A stretch of 64,000 nucleotides of DNA from Sideroxydans sp. (GCA_027310725.1 DAIDAG010000066.1:96828-160827); one strand, 5' to 3'; counted from the first letter of the stretch, positions 30,311 through 39,509 are shown. The notes: generated by a model not told the origin, from the sequence alone. Numbers and translations are program-made.

Positions 30311-31185
30311 TGACTGCGATACCGAACGATCCGCTTGCACCGGATACCGTCATCCGTTACCTGATGCTGGATTTGACCAGCGGGACGGAGTTTTTCTGGA
30401 TGTCGGCCAAGGATATGTATGTGAAAGCCAAGACACCTGCGAACGCCCCGATGGCGCCGTTATCTCCTCCCTTGCTGCGCGACGCGCTAACCGTCAATCC
30501 TGACGCGATGCGCTGGGCACTCAATCGGCTGACCGAAAAGACCCCCCGTATTCTGTTCTTCGATTCGGTTGCCGATGCGGCGAGCCGCGATGGTGTTGCC
30601 AGCATCCTGGCCGCGCCGGCGCCGGCGGAATGGACGCTCTCAGCCCGAGTGAAGCTGCAACAGGCCATGTTGTACGCATTGAATTACGCCAGCACGATCA
30701 TTGAGCAGCATGATTGGCGTATTGCCGACACGATACTGATTCGGGCAAGCATCCCGGGGCTTGATTTCAAACATGCCGTGGAAATCGTAACCGGGAAAAC
30801 GCTTGCCGATTACACAGCGGCGATCGAGAGCTATATTACGGATGTCAGAGACCACGATAGCGATTACCTCGGATTCTGCAATAGCGCGCTGGCCGTGCAT
30901 GACCCTGCGGTAAAAATGCCGGCGTTCGACATCCATAACGCCTACGAGGCGCTGCTATTCCTCGCAAGAAACGATTATCAGGTCGCAACAAAGGACATGA
31001 TCACTCATCGCGATATTCAGTCCGGGCTAAAAAAGTCCGGGGCGGGGGCGGAGTTTATCTTGACGCCAGCCATGAATAGACCGCTGGCCGACATCGAGAA
31101 AAATTCGTTCAAGATCGACGGCAGGATATTTAATGCCTCTACGGACGGCGTGACCAATGGAATGACGGTGGAAGGCGTTCACTGA
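30307..31185 (+). CDS. Hypothetical protein
   Basis: 292 aa, translationally coupled. Confidence 0.7.
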   Translation: MMTAIPNDPLAPDTVIRYLMLDLTSGTEFFWMSAKDMYVKAKTPANAPMAPLSPPLLRDALTVNPDAMRWALNRLTEKTPRILFFDSVADAASRDGVASILAAPAPAEWTLSARVKLQQAMLYALNYASTIIEQHDWRIADTILIRASIPGLDFKHAVEIVTGKTLADYTAAIESYITDVRDHDSDYLGFCNSALAVHDPAVKMPAFDIHNAYEALLFLARNDYQVATKDMITHRDIQSGLKKSGAGAEFILTPAMNRPLADIEKNSFKIDGRIFNASTDGVTNGMTVEGVH

Positions 31186-31187
31186 AG

Positions 31188-31925
31188 ATGGCAAATGCAC
31201 TCGACATCAGCAAGTTCGAAGTGGGAAGCGCGGTGCGCGGGCGAGCCTACGTGCGCGAAGGGAAGACGGTTCCTCCGCGCTACTTTGTCGAGGGTGACCT
31301 GATCCTGATCATGGATGACATCGGGCGCTACGCGAACATTGGTAAGGAGGATGCGGCAATCCTGCGCGAGAAGAACAGCACGGGCAGCGGCAAAGCCGGG
31401 ATCGGCACGGCCAGAACGCGCGGCGAGGTCATCAAGAAGTTGTTCGATGACGGGTTCTTGTACAAGGAAAAGGCCAAGGGCAAGAAATCGCCGATCGTGA
31501 TGCCTAGCGAGAAGAGCATCGCCCTCTACGAAAAGTTGTCGCAATGCGGCACTGCCAAGGTGCTGATTTCACCGGAGATGACGGCGAAGTGGGAAACCGG
31601 ACTGACGATGATCGAGCGCGGGGAGATCACGCCAGCTCAGTTCATGGATCAACTGTATAAGTTCATCATGCAGTTGACGACGGACATGACAGCCAATCCA
31701 ACCAACCCGTATTTCGGCAAGCCGCGCGCAGCCGCCGGCGACGGTACGGTCAAATCCAATTGCGACGAAAAGCATCCGAAGGACGGTCAGTTGTGCGACA
31801 AGTGCAAGGACGGTCAGTTGCTCACAATGAAGGTGGTCAAAAAGGAAAGCTCCGCGTTCGGCAAGCTGTACGTGAAGTGCGATAACAAGAAGTGCGATTA
31901 CTTTGGAGAGTTCATCAAACTATGA
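31188..31925 (+). CDS. topB: DNA topoisomerase III, C-terminal part with zinc ribbon
   Basis: KTVPPRYFVEGDL, GIGTARTRGEVIKKL, SPEMTAKWE..L..IE.G, CDKC...CDNKKCDY. Confidence 0.85.
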   Translation: MANALDISKFEVGSAVRGRAYVREGKTVPPRYFVEGDLILIMDDIGRYANIGKEDAAILREKNSTGSGKAGIGTARTRGEVIKKLFDDGFLYKEKAKGKKSPIVMPSEKSIALYEKLSQCGTAKVLISPEMTAKWETGLTMIERGEITPAQFMDQLYKFIMQLTTDMTANPTNPYFGKPRAAAGDGTVKSNCDEKHPKDGQLCDKCKDGQLLTMKVVKKESSAFGKLYVKCDNKKCDYFGEFIKL

Positions 31926-32389
31926 GCCAAAATGCGCAAAACGGTCAGGGCGACAACTCAGCGAACAGCGCAGTAGCTGTTGCCGAGAAGTGCATGTTCA
32001 GACCAACGATTGAAGAAATCATGGCTGAAATTTTTGCAAAATACAATTTTGCATTAGACAGCAATCCTATTTTGCCATCGGAGGTCTTTGCGGCTGATTC
32101 TTTCCTGCCGTTGTTTTCGTCTATTGCGATCAGCCGTGCTGAAAGCATCTTCGGTTTCCCGTTCTATATCGAGGAAATCGAAGACGAAAATGCACTGTTC
32201 GGCATGACGATTGCCCCCGAGTTTCCGTCCGCTGCGCCATTCCTGATCTACACGCTGCAGATGATGAATGTGGCGACGGATATTTTCGGGAGGGTTCCCT
32301 GCAAGATCGAGCTGGATGAGCTGTATGCATGGGCGACCAGCCGCGAATTGCAAGAGGCCGGGCTTCCATATTTGGGTATCAAACACTGA
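31922..32389 (+). CDS. IcmS-like type IVB adaptor/chaperone
   Basis: F.L....I...EVF....FLP, G......E.ENALFG and C-terminal LDELY align by eye with Legionella IcmS as I recall it (FYLN...DEVFSETGLLP...EGALLG...LDELMY). Confidence 0.6.
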   Translation: MSQNAQNGQGDNSANSAVAVAEKCMFRPTIEEIMAEIFAKYNFALDSNPILPSEVFAADSFLPLFSSIAISRAESIFGFPFYIEEIEDENALFGMTIAPEFPSAAPFLIYTLQMMNVATDIFGRVPCKIELDELYAWATSRELQEAGLPYLGIKH

Positions 32390-32401
32390 ACGGAGAGGAT
32401 C

Positions 32402-32953
32402 ATGATCAACTATGCGAAAGAAACTTTTGACGATGAATCGACAAGCAATAAGGCGGTATCGATTCGCGAATTGATGAACGGGGTCATGGCTACTGAAGAC
32501 GCGATGGAACAGCGGGAAGAGACACCCGCACCTCACGCGAAATACGTGCCGTATCTCAAGCCTGCGAAGAAGCGCACTGCTACGCCCGTCGAGCAGACCA
32601 CAGATGCCCCGTTGCCTGTCGCAAATGATCTGGTTTCGCAAGCGAAGGCGCGCTTGTCCGCGCTTGTTCAGCGCCGGGACCAGGCTACCGGCGACACCGT
32701 TTACTTGGAGCGCGATTCCGAGCGCGCTGTACTGCGTGACACGGGTTCGAAGATCTGCGTTACCGAGGACAAACCCTCTGACGAAGATATTCTGCTGATG
32801 CTGGTTGCCGCGCAGGAAAAGTTTGGCGACAAGTTCAAGGTGTTCGGTACTGACGAATTTGTCGAGCGTTGTTCGCGCATCGCATTGATGCATGATATAA
32901 AAATGCAGAATACGCAGCGCGAAACAACGTCCCGCAGCCCGAAGGTTTCCTGA
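32402..32953 (+). CDS. LPD7-like domain protein
   Basis: LRDTGSKI.V...DEDI...L..AQEKFG....V.GT.EF. Confidence 0.65.
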   Translation: MINYAKETFDDESTSNKAVSIRELMNGVMATEDAMEQREETPAPHAKYVPYLKPAKKRTATPVEQTTDAPLPVANDLVSQAKARLSALVQRRDQATGDTVYLERDSERAVLRDTGSKICVTEDKPSDEDILLMLVAAQEKFGDKFKVFGTDEFVERCSRIALMHDIKMQNTQRETTSRSPKVS

Positions 32954-32961
32954 CAGGAGAT

Positions 32962-33942
32962 GTGATCATGGCAGAGCACGCAAAACTGGTGCCACCGACA
33001 GCACCTCAAGCGGTGGTGATCAACGACCACCGACGGGTCATGTCGGCTCTCAAGGCATCTTCTCCGATCATCCAGGCAATGATCGTTGCCCCGGGAAGCA
33101 ATGCGGATGCCGGAATGCGTGCGGCGGCTATTTCGGACATGGTCAAGGCCTCTCACGTTGCCGCCGAATGCATGATCGATACGCTCGCGCCGGACTTGAA
33201 AGGCAAGGGATGGGCCAGATCCGATGCGTTTCTGTTCTGCGCCGGCGTCATCGCCGAAGAATGGAAGGCAACGAAGAATATCGGCCTGGCTACTTCTATC
33301 ATTGACGAAGAGCTGCTGGGGCAAATGCAGGCATCCGTCCTCGGATCCGATTCCAAGGCGCTGAACTGGATGGACAGAGTAAACGAATATCCGCCCATCA
33401 TTGATCATTGCGATGCGGCAACCAGGTTGCGCATGAGCCTGATGAAGGCGTCTACCCCGATGGTCATGGAGATCAACCGTTTTGCCTTCTGGCAAAACGC
33501 GGAGAAGCGCACCCAGTTCATCGAGAGCATGGTCAGCAATATCAGCGAACTGGCCGCGAGTCACGCCAACGAGATGGCCGACAAGTTTGCCATGAGTCCC
33601 GAGGATCGGATCAGCTTATGGCAAGGCGACTTGCAGCGCGTTTTTGTGTTCGCGATAGAAGAGTACCGTTGCGTCGCGCAGATCGCGACCAGCAATGTCG
33701 AGGCAATTGCCAAAGATACGATCGACGAAAGTCTGGTCAGGAACGAGCAGGTCACCTGGTTCAGAAAAGCTGCGTCGGGCGAGATCCAACGCGACATCCT
33801 GAGCAAAGTCACCTCCAATTTCGCCATTCTGGATGGTGTCGCCAATCGCCTCGCCATGACGATGGCTGGCGCCCAGAACCGCAATTCGGCCAGTGCCGAA
33901 GCCCGTTCAATCGAGAATCAGGAGGTATCGCATCATGCGTAA
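32962..33942 (+). CDS. Hypothetical helical protein
   Basis: RBS AGGAG, 326 aa, in the transfer operon. Confidence 0.7.
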   Translation: MIMAEHAKLVPPTAPQAVVINDHRRVMSALKASSPIIQAMIVAPGSNADAGMRAAAISDMVKASHVAAECMIDTLAPDLKGKGWARSDAFLFCAGVIAEEWKATKNIGLATSIIDEELLGQMQASVLGSDSKALNWMDRVNEYPPIIDHCDAATRLRMSLMKASTPMVMEINRFAFWQNAEKRTQFIESMVSNISELAASHANEMADKFAMSPEDRISLWQGDLQRVFVFAIEEYRCVAQIATSNVEAIAKDTIDESLVRNEQVTWFRKAASGEIQRDILSKVTSNFAILDGVANRLAMTMAGAQNRNSASAEARSIENQEVSHHA

Positions 33943-34516
33943 ATTGAAATCGTTTTTGCTGGTAGTGGTGGCCGTTACTGCCGCAGCATTCCCTCCCTGT
34001 GCTGCGGCAGGTTTTTTGGTCAAAACCGGTCAGGCGCTGGTCGATCTCGGATCGCCGGATGCCGGCAAACCTGCGACCGCGACGGCGCCAGTTCCAACCG
34101 CCAAAGCTGCACCAAATTGCGATCCGGTCAAGGAAGCTCAGACCAAGAAAGATGCTGATCAATCCGAAGTACAAAACGGCCTCACGAACCACGTAAATTT
34201 GTCATGCTTGGAAAAGTACAAAAAATTCAGCATGGGTACTTCGCTGGGTTATCCGAACCCGTGGGATCTGTTGCAGCAGATGATCGGGCAGGTGTGTTCT
34301 GCAGCCGACATGAAGGTGCAAGGCGCGACCGCACCCCTGAATCAGGGTTTGCCGCTCCCGGGCGGTGTCGGGCGCGTGAACACCGGAGCTGTGTTCGGTA
34401 GCAGCGCGCCATCGGGAGCGGGCGTTTCAGTAGGAAGTGGTGGAACTAGCACTTCGACTACTGGCGCGGTAAATCAAGGTGGGACGGGCTACACCGTTCC
34501 GCCACTTTGGAAATGA
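33935..34516 (+). CDS. Exported Cys-containing transfer-region protein
   Basis: RBS GGAGG, ATG 33935, signal peptide MRKLKSFLLVVVAVTAAAF, Gly/Ser-rich tail. Confidence 0.65.
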   Translation: MRKLKSFLLVVVAVTAAAFPPCAAAGFLVKTGQALVDLGSPDAGKPATATAPVPTAKAAPNCDPVKEAQTKKDADQSEVQNGLTNHVNLSCLEKYKKFSMGTSLGYPNPWDLLQQMIGQVCSAADMKVQGATAPLNQGLPLPGGVGRVNTGAVFGSSAPSGAGVSVGSGGTSTSTTGAVNQGGTGYTVPPLWK

Positions 34517-34532
34517 TCAGGGGAACCGAGAC

Positions 34533-35819
34533 ATGAAAAATCGCATTGTTGTTGCACTGATCGCGCTGATCTACTCGTCCGCTTCGTCGGCTGCGCTCGT
34601 CGGGACGTGTTCCGGCGTCAATATCGGTATCGACGGGACGATGACCACTCCGGACTTCTACCAGAGCGTGACGCAGCCGGTAACGAGCGCGATCAGCTCG
34701 TTGTCGACCAGTTTGACCAGCAGCATCCAGACCAACCTGAACCAGACTGTCAGGGATCTATCGAAAGTCATCGAGGCGACTGGCAAGGCGCAGATGGCGC
34801 ACATCGAAAAGATTCACGAAGCCGATCGGACGAATACGCTCGAAGTCGAAAAACAAAAGGTGATCACGCAGAAGTCGATGGATGGCGCTTATCTGCCGGC
34901 GGGCAATACCTGTGCTGACCGGGCAGCGGCGGCGACCGCGAGTGCGTCGGACGGGACGGTTGCATATCAGGCGAAACGCTATGGCGCTGCTATGCGGTAC
35001 CGAGCGGCTAAGGCGCCTGATACACGCGAACAGCTCAATGACGCCGTCGAGAATCACAGGATCTACTACTGCGATCCAGCAACCGACCCATTGCGATGCA
35101 ACGGTCACGCCCCGGCCAAGACTTTTAGCAAGAACGGGAAGCAGATCACGATGCCGGACGCCGATAGTTCCGCTAAAACATTGTTCGACGGCGCCGGCAA
35201 TGGTGAGCACATCTCGAACCTGACATACGTCCCGGAACAAATGGATGCGGCGGGCGCGTATATCAACAGCGCTCTTGCCGTTGGGGACACGCCTCGTGCG
35301 TTGTCGCCGGCTGAGGCCAAGACGGACGAAGGGCAGGTTTATCAAGGGTTGAAGCTGGCCTACGAGTCGCGTATCAGCCTGTCTCGCGAGGTGTTGCTTC
35401 AGATTCAAGGATCGCGTGCCCCGATCGAAGGCTCCGACCAGTTGCTGCAGGGCATGGTCGATAGTACGAGTGCCGATTACGGCATGAAGGATTACGTCCA
35501 GGGGCGGGTTAAAGAGATCCAGAAATTTCAGGCATTCAACAGTAGCCCGAAGGTTTCGCCTATGGAGCTGCTGGATATTCAGGTCAAAAGTCGCTCGGAC
35601 AACCCCGGCTGGCTGGCCTATATCAACAATGCAGAGCGAGACCAGGTCGTTAAAGAGCAGACGGTCATGATGTCGTTGCAGTTGCGCATGCAGTACATGC
35701 AACTGCGTCAGCAGGAAATGACTTCTGCCTTGCTTGCGATCAATTCCGCAGAGACAACCAAGGCCAATTTGCTGCCGAAGATCAATATCACGATGAGCAA
35801 TTTGACGCGTCATCAATAA
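34533..35819 (+). CDS. TraW/IcmX-like periplasmic transfer protein
   Basis: Signal peptide, YYC...C, C-terminal S..ELL..QV..R..NPGW...LRQQE..ALLA; synteny upstream of dotA/traY. Confidence 0.6.
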   Translation: MKNRIVVALIALIYSSASSAALVGTCSGVNIGIDGTMTTPDFYQSVTQPVTSAISSLSTSLTSSIQTNLNQTVRDLSKVIEATGKAQMAHIEKIHEADRTNTLEVEKQKVITQKSMDGAYLPAGNTCADRAAAATASASDGTVAYQAKRYGAAMRYRAAKAPDTREQLNDAVENHRIYYCDPATDPLRCNGHAPAKTFSKNGKQITMPDADSSAKTLFDGAGNGEHISNLTYVPEQMDAAGAYINSALAVGDTPRALSPAEAKTDEGQVYQGLKLAYESRISLSREVLLQIQGSRAPIEGSDQLLQGMVDSTSADYGMKDYVQGRVKEIQKFQAFNSSPKVSPMELLDIQVKSRSDNPGWLAYINNAERDQVVKEQTVMMSLQLRMQYMQLRQQEMTSALLAINSAETTKANLLPKINITMSNLTRHQ

Positions 35820-35838
35820 CGAAGCCCGGAGATCAACC

Positions 35839-36315
35839 ATGAGTTTTGTGCCGCAACCAAAAGAAAAGACAACCCAAGTCTTCTTTCCGCGACTGGCGCA
35901 TCTGCCCGAAGTCGAGCAGCAAGCTTCCGTTCGTCTGGGTAAGTTGCGGACGAAGCGTGCTGCCAAGGCGGTCGAAACGATGAAGCGTCTCATGACGAAC
36001 TTTGCCGACCATATTGGACTGATGAAGGAAAAGAAGGTCGCGCCAGTGTCTTTTGCGTATGCCTTCGGCACCTATATGGCCGGGATCAAGGCATTCAGGG
36101 AAACGGCTGGGGTCACTCAGCATGCGCTCAGCGACGGGAGCGCCTCGCCGGAATTGAAGAGCGCCGGCGAAGTGCTCAAGCGTTTCGCCGATGAATTCAA
36201 GGCCGAGTCCCAGCGTTTGTTAAGTGATGCGTCCGAATTCCTGAACGAGATCGGTATCTCGCCATTCGGCGAGGACAACGCAGCGCGGAGTTATGCGCGG
36301 CATCAAGTGGAGTAA
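35839..36315 (+). CDS. Hypothetical protein between traW-like and dotA
   Basis: RBS GGAG, 158 aa. Confidence 0.6.
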   Translation: MSFVPQPKEKTTQVFFPRLAHLPEVEQQASVRLGKLRTKRAAKAVETMKRLMTNFADHIGLMKEKKVAPVSFAYAFGTYMAGIKAFRETAGVTQHALSDGSASPELKSAGEVLKRFADEFKAESQRLLSDASEFLNEIGISPFGEDNAARSYARHQVE

Positions 36316-36320
36316 CAATT

Positions 36321-38453
36321 ATGGCCGCTGCAACACCTACGCTAACGACTGACGGTCTCGTCGGCGCAGCAAACCAGGCGTCAGGGATGGCGCCCATCGG
36401 GGGCGGTGAAGGCGGCGTTTCCGCGCAGATGATGCTGAAGATGATCTTCGGCGATGTCGCGCAGAATCCACTTGCCGCGCTGACTTCGCTTAATGCTGGT
36501 AATACCGCGCTGTCGGTTATCTTCATGTACATCAACATCGGCTTACTGACGCTGGGATCAATCTACCTAACCTACAAGACGTTGGCCGCTGTCACCCAGA
36601 CTGCGCACGACGGCGACTTCATCGGCAAAGCGTTCCATACGGTCTGGGTGCCGATCCGCGTTACGACCGGTATTCTGACCCTTGTCCCGATTGCGGGCGG
36701 CTGGAACGCCCTGCAAGTCATCATGTTGTGGATCGGCGTCATGGGTGCCGGTCTCGGCAATTTGGGCTGGCAGGCTGTAGTGAATGGCTGGTTGGGGGAA
36801 GGCGGCAAGATGCAACGCACCAACGTTGCGGCCACGATTCGGTTCGGAAACGGCAACATGGTGGCGAGTAAGGCGTTCGAGGCCTTGCTGTGCGATGAAG
36901 CATATATCAGGACATCCGGCGGCAGTCCAAACTCGACAAGCGCGCTTGTTTTCAATGGTGGGGGAAGAGATTGCGGCGAGATCAAGATCGCCGACACCAA
37001 TCAGGTTGCTGGCGCTGCCGTGTCCAGCAATAGTCTTGCGCTGAGCGCGCGCGCCGTTGCCAAGTCCGCTGCTGAGGACATGGTTCGCGAAATGCGTATT
37101 GTCGCTCAGAACGCCATCACGGACGTTGAGACGAATCTGCGCGCTGCGCAGGATCCTAATGCTCCGCTTGATACACCTCTTCCCGATTTCAGGAAGTATT
37201 TGGCTCAAGTGAGGCAGATTGGTACTGTTTACCAGATCAAACTCAACGAGGGCGTGTATCGGGTGCTGAACAGCGCCGCGAAAGCCGACGGTACATCAGG
37301 TATTGTCGAAAAAGCCGCCAAGGATTACGGCTTCGTCTCTGCCGGATCGTTCTATACGGCCTACGCCAATTCATCTTATTCCATCAAGTCGGTTGAGGAT
37401 GCATCCGGTGTAACGGATGTGAGGGTTAATGCGAGTGGGCACACAAATTCCCTCTACACTGCAACGATGAATTACTACTCGGCAGCGCAGAACAAAACCG
37501 CTGTCAGTAGTGCGTCGGTAAATGAATCCGATTCCGAGCAGGGCGCATTCGCTCTTCTCAAAGATCACATGGGATTTGGTGGAGATCGTTTGGTCAGTTC
37601 ATTTATACGCCATGACCTGGACACGCCGGCGCTCGTCAATATCAAGAACACTGCCGACGATGTCGTGATGTTTGCAGGAGTCGGGGTTACTGCCGTCGGA
37701 GCAATCATGGGCATGAAAGACAGCTTGTTGGGCAAGCTGGCTGACAACGCGACCGGCGGCATTATAGGCGGTGCGATGACCCCCTGGCTGGAAATGGCGA
37801 AATTCGTCATGCAAATGTCCCTTGGTTTCTTTCTGATGTGCGCCATCTATATGCCGCTTGTCCCCTACATCGTTTTCATGGGACAGGTGATGGAGTGGCT
37901 GTCGTCAGTCATGCTGGGCGTCGCTTCAGCACCGTTTTTGGCCTTCGCCCACTTCGACACAGACGGTGAAGGACTTGGGCAACGCACAACGTATGGCTAT
38001 TCGTTTATGTTGCAAAGTTTTATGCGCCCCATTATGCTGATCTTGGGCTTTATCTTTGCGTCGGCGATGATAGAAGTTTCTATCTATTTCTTGACCGCGA
38101 CGTACAGTTTTGCTGTGCATGATGCTCAAGTGCATAGCGTGACCGGTCTGTTCAGCATCTTCGGCTATATCGCGCTATACATGGTGTTGGCTGTCGGGCT
38201 GGTTAATACCAGTTGCAGTTTGATTTATCTCTTGCCTGACGCGATATTTGAGTTCATGGGAGCGAAAGCAGTGGGATTAGGATTCGCTAACAATACCTCG
38301 CACGATGCGATGAACAAGGCTCTGGCTGGTGCCGGTGTCTCACGCACCATCGGTGGCATGCCATCCGGCGGTGGGGGCGGGAAGTCCAAGTCGATCGCAG
38401 GTGGTGTGCAAGGTGTTGAGAACAAGGTGTCTGGCGGTGCTGAAAAAGGTTGA
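36321..38453 (+). CDS. dotA: DotA/TraY integral membrane protein
   Basis: TAHDG..IG......WVPIR, multiple transmembrane segments, Y.P..PY..F, AP....AH..GEG.G, RP.ML.LGF. Confidence 0.88.
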   Translation: MAAATPTLTTDGLVGAANQASGMAPIGGGEGGVSAQMMLKMIFGDVAQNPLAALTSLNAGNTALSVIFMYINIGLLTLGSIYLTYKTLAAVTQTAHDGDFIGKAFHTVWVPIRVTTGILTLVPIAGGWNALQVIMLWIGVMGAGLGNLGWQAVVNGWLGEGGKMQRTNVAATIRFGNGNMVASKAFEALLCDEAYIRTSGGSPNSTSALVFNGGGRDCGEIKIADTNQVAGAAVSSNSLALSARAVAKSAAEDMVREMRIVAQNAITDVETNLRAAQDPNAPLDTPLPDFRKYLAQVRQIGTVYQIKLNEGVYRVLNSAAKADGTSGIVEKAAKDYGFVSAGSFYTAYANSSYSIKSVEDASGVTDVRVNASGHTNSLYTATMNYYSAAQNKTAVSSASVNESDSEQGAFALLKDHMGFGGDRLVSSFIRHDLDTPALVNIKNTADDVVMFAGVGVTAVGAIMGMKDSLLGKLADNATGGIIGGAMTPWLEMAKFVMQMSLGFFLMCAIYMPLVPYIVFMGQVMEWLSSVMLGVASAPFLAFAHFDTDGEGLGQRTTYGYSFMLQSFMRPIMLILGFIFASAMIEVSIYFLTATYSFAVHDAQVHSVTGLFSIFGYIALYMVLAVGLVNTSCSLIYLLPDAIFEFMGAKAVGLGFANNTSHDAMNKALAGAGVSRTIGGMPSGGGGGKSKSIAGGVQGVENKVSGGAEKG

Positions 38454-38484
38454 GCTGATAGATAACGAATATAGGAGTTAAACC

Positions 38485-39228
38485 GTGAACGAAAACAATG
38501 CGGGTGCAGGTGTTCTTGTAATGGGCGAACTCAGGCACATAGAGAACAAGTCTAAAAGGGCTGTTCAAGCGGCTGCTATAGAAGCGCAGGAAGCCTATGC
38601 TGAGCGTGACGCAGCTATCGAGCGTAAAAACCAACTTGAATTTTCGGCCAAGTCGCAGATTCATGGTCTGCGAGCCTTAATTGCAGCCCATGCACACGTT
38701 GAAGATAGGTTGATTGATGCCTTGAAAGCAGCAAATCCAAATCACCCATTAGCAAGTCGTGCGGCTGTCGATACGATGTGTGATCAACTTAGCATGAAAG
38801 CATCATTCGATTCGGAAGTGATCAAGAAGACTTATCCTTCCGGAGTCGTCCCGGAAGGTGCGATTCCGATTGTGAACGGAAAGCCTGGAGTCGTCGGCGG
38901 ACAACCCGCTTATTCCGATCCAACTCCCGAACAGCGCCTTACCATTCAGGAGCACGCGGCTATGCTCAAGGCCACTGGGTTGGATGGCTACACGATCCTT
39001 GACCCCGTCGAAGTTAAATTGGCGATCGATACGATGAAGACTGCGTCCACGACGATCGGACAGCGCTTGGTCGAGGACGACCAGAAGGGCTTTTTCGGTC
39101 GCATGAAGAAAGGCGACAGGGCACAGGTCGAGACGGACTTCGCGAGCACTACTCGGTACGTTTCCATGCTGCAAGAAGCCCTCGTGAAAGCCGAAGCTCA
39201 TCATGACAATCATGGGGACAAGGCCTGA
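38485..39228 (+). CDS. Hypothetical coiled-coil protein downstream of dotA/traY
   Basis: RBS AGGAG, GTG start; the C-terminal domain is paralogous to 59580-59984. Confidence 0.7.
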   Translation: MNENNAGAGVLVMGELRHIENKSKRAVQAAAIEAQEAYAERDAAIERKNQLEFSAKSQIHGLRALIAAHAHVEDRLIDALKAANPNHPLASRAAVDTMCDQLSMKASFDSEVIKKTYPSGVVPEGAIPIVNGKPGVVGGQPAYSDPTPEQRLTIQEHAAMLKATGLDGYTILDPVEVKLAIDTMKTASTTIGQRLVEDDQKGFFGRMKKGDRAQVETDFASTTRYVSMLQEALVKAEAHHDNHGDKA

Positions 39229-39251
39229 TGGAAAGCTATAAATAAATAAGT

Positions 39252-39278
39252 AATCCCCCGGCTTAGCCGGGGGATTTC
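39252..39278 (+). terminator. Perfect 11-bp hairpin (terminator or IS200/605-like end)
   Basis: AATCCCCCGGC-tta-GCCGGGGGATT directly after the operon. Confidence 0.6.
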
Positions 39279-39509
39279 AACACATGAACAAGCTTTACTG
39301 CTAATAAATAGCTTGACGCCGATTGGCAGTAATTGGATGAGTAAGGGTTTCATTGGGGACTATCGAATGGTTCAGAACATCCCATTGGATTTTTTTGATG
39401 CCAATTCCGAAATTGACCTCAGGTCCCTTTTTTATAACGGGTATTACGAGCAACAAGAAACATAACAAGTTGGTCCTCCACCGTGAGAATTTTGTACGAT
39501 GAGGAATAA

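Noticed and set aside
31779-31820. Direct repeat AAGGACGGTCAGTTG twice
   Set aside because: Local coding duplication (KDGQL) in the zinc ribbon, not an array.
34758-36071. 437-aa minus-strand ORF
   Set aside because: Antisense to the traW-like gene; no recognisable features.
35839-36315. IcmW or TraX assignment by position
   Set aside because: No recognisable IcmW motif and no multiple transmembrane segments.
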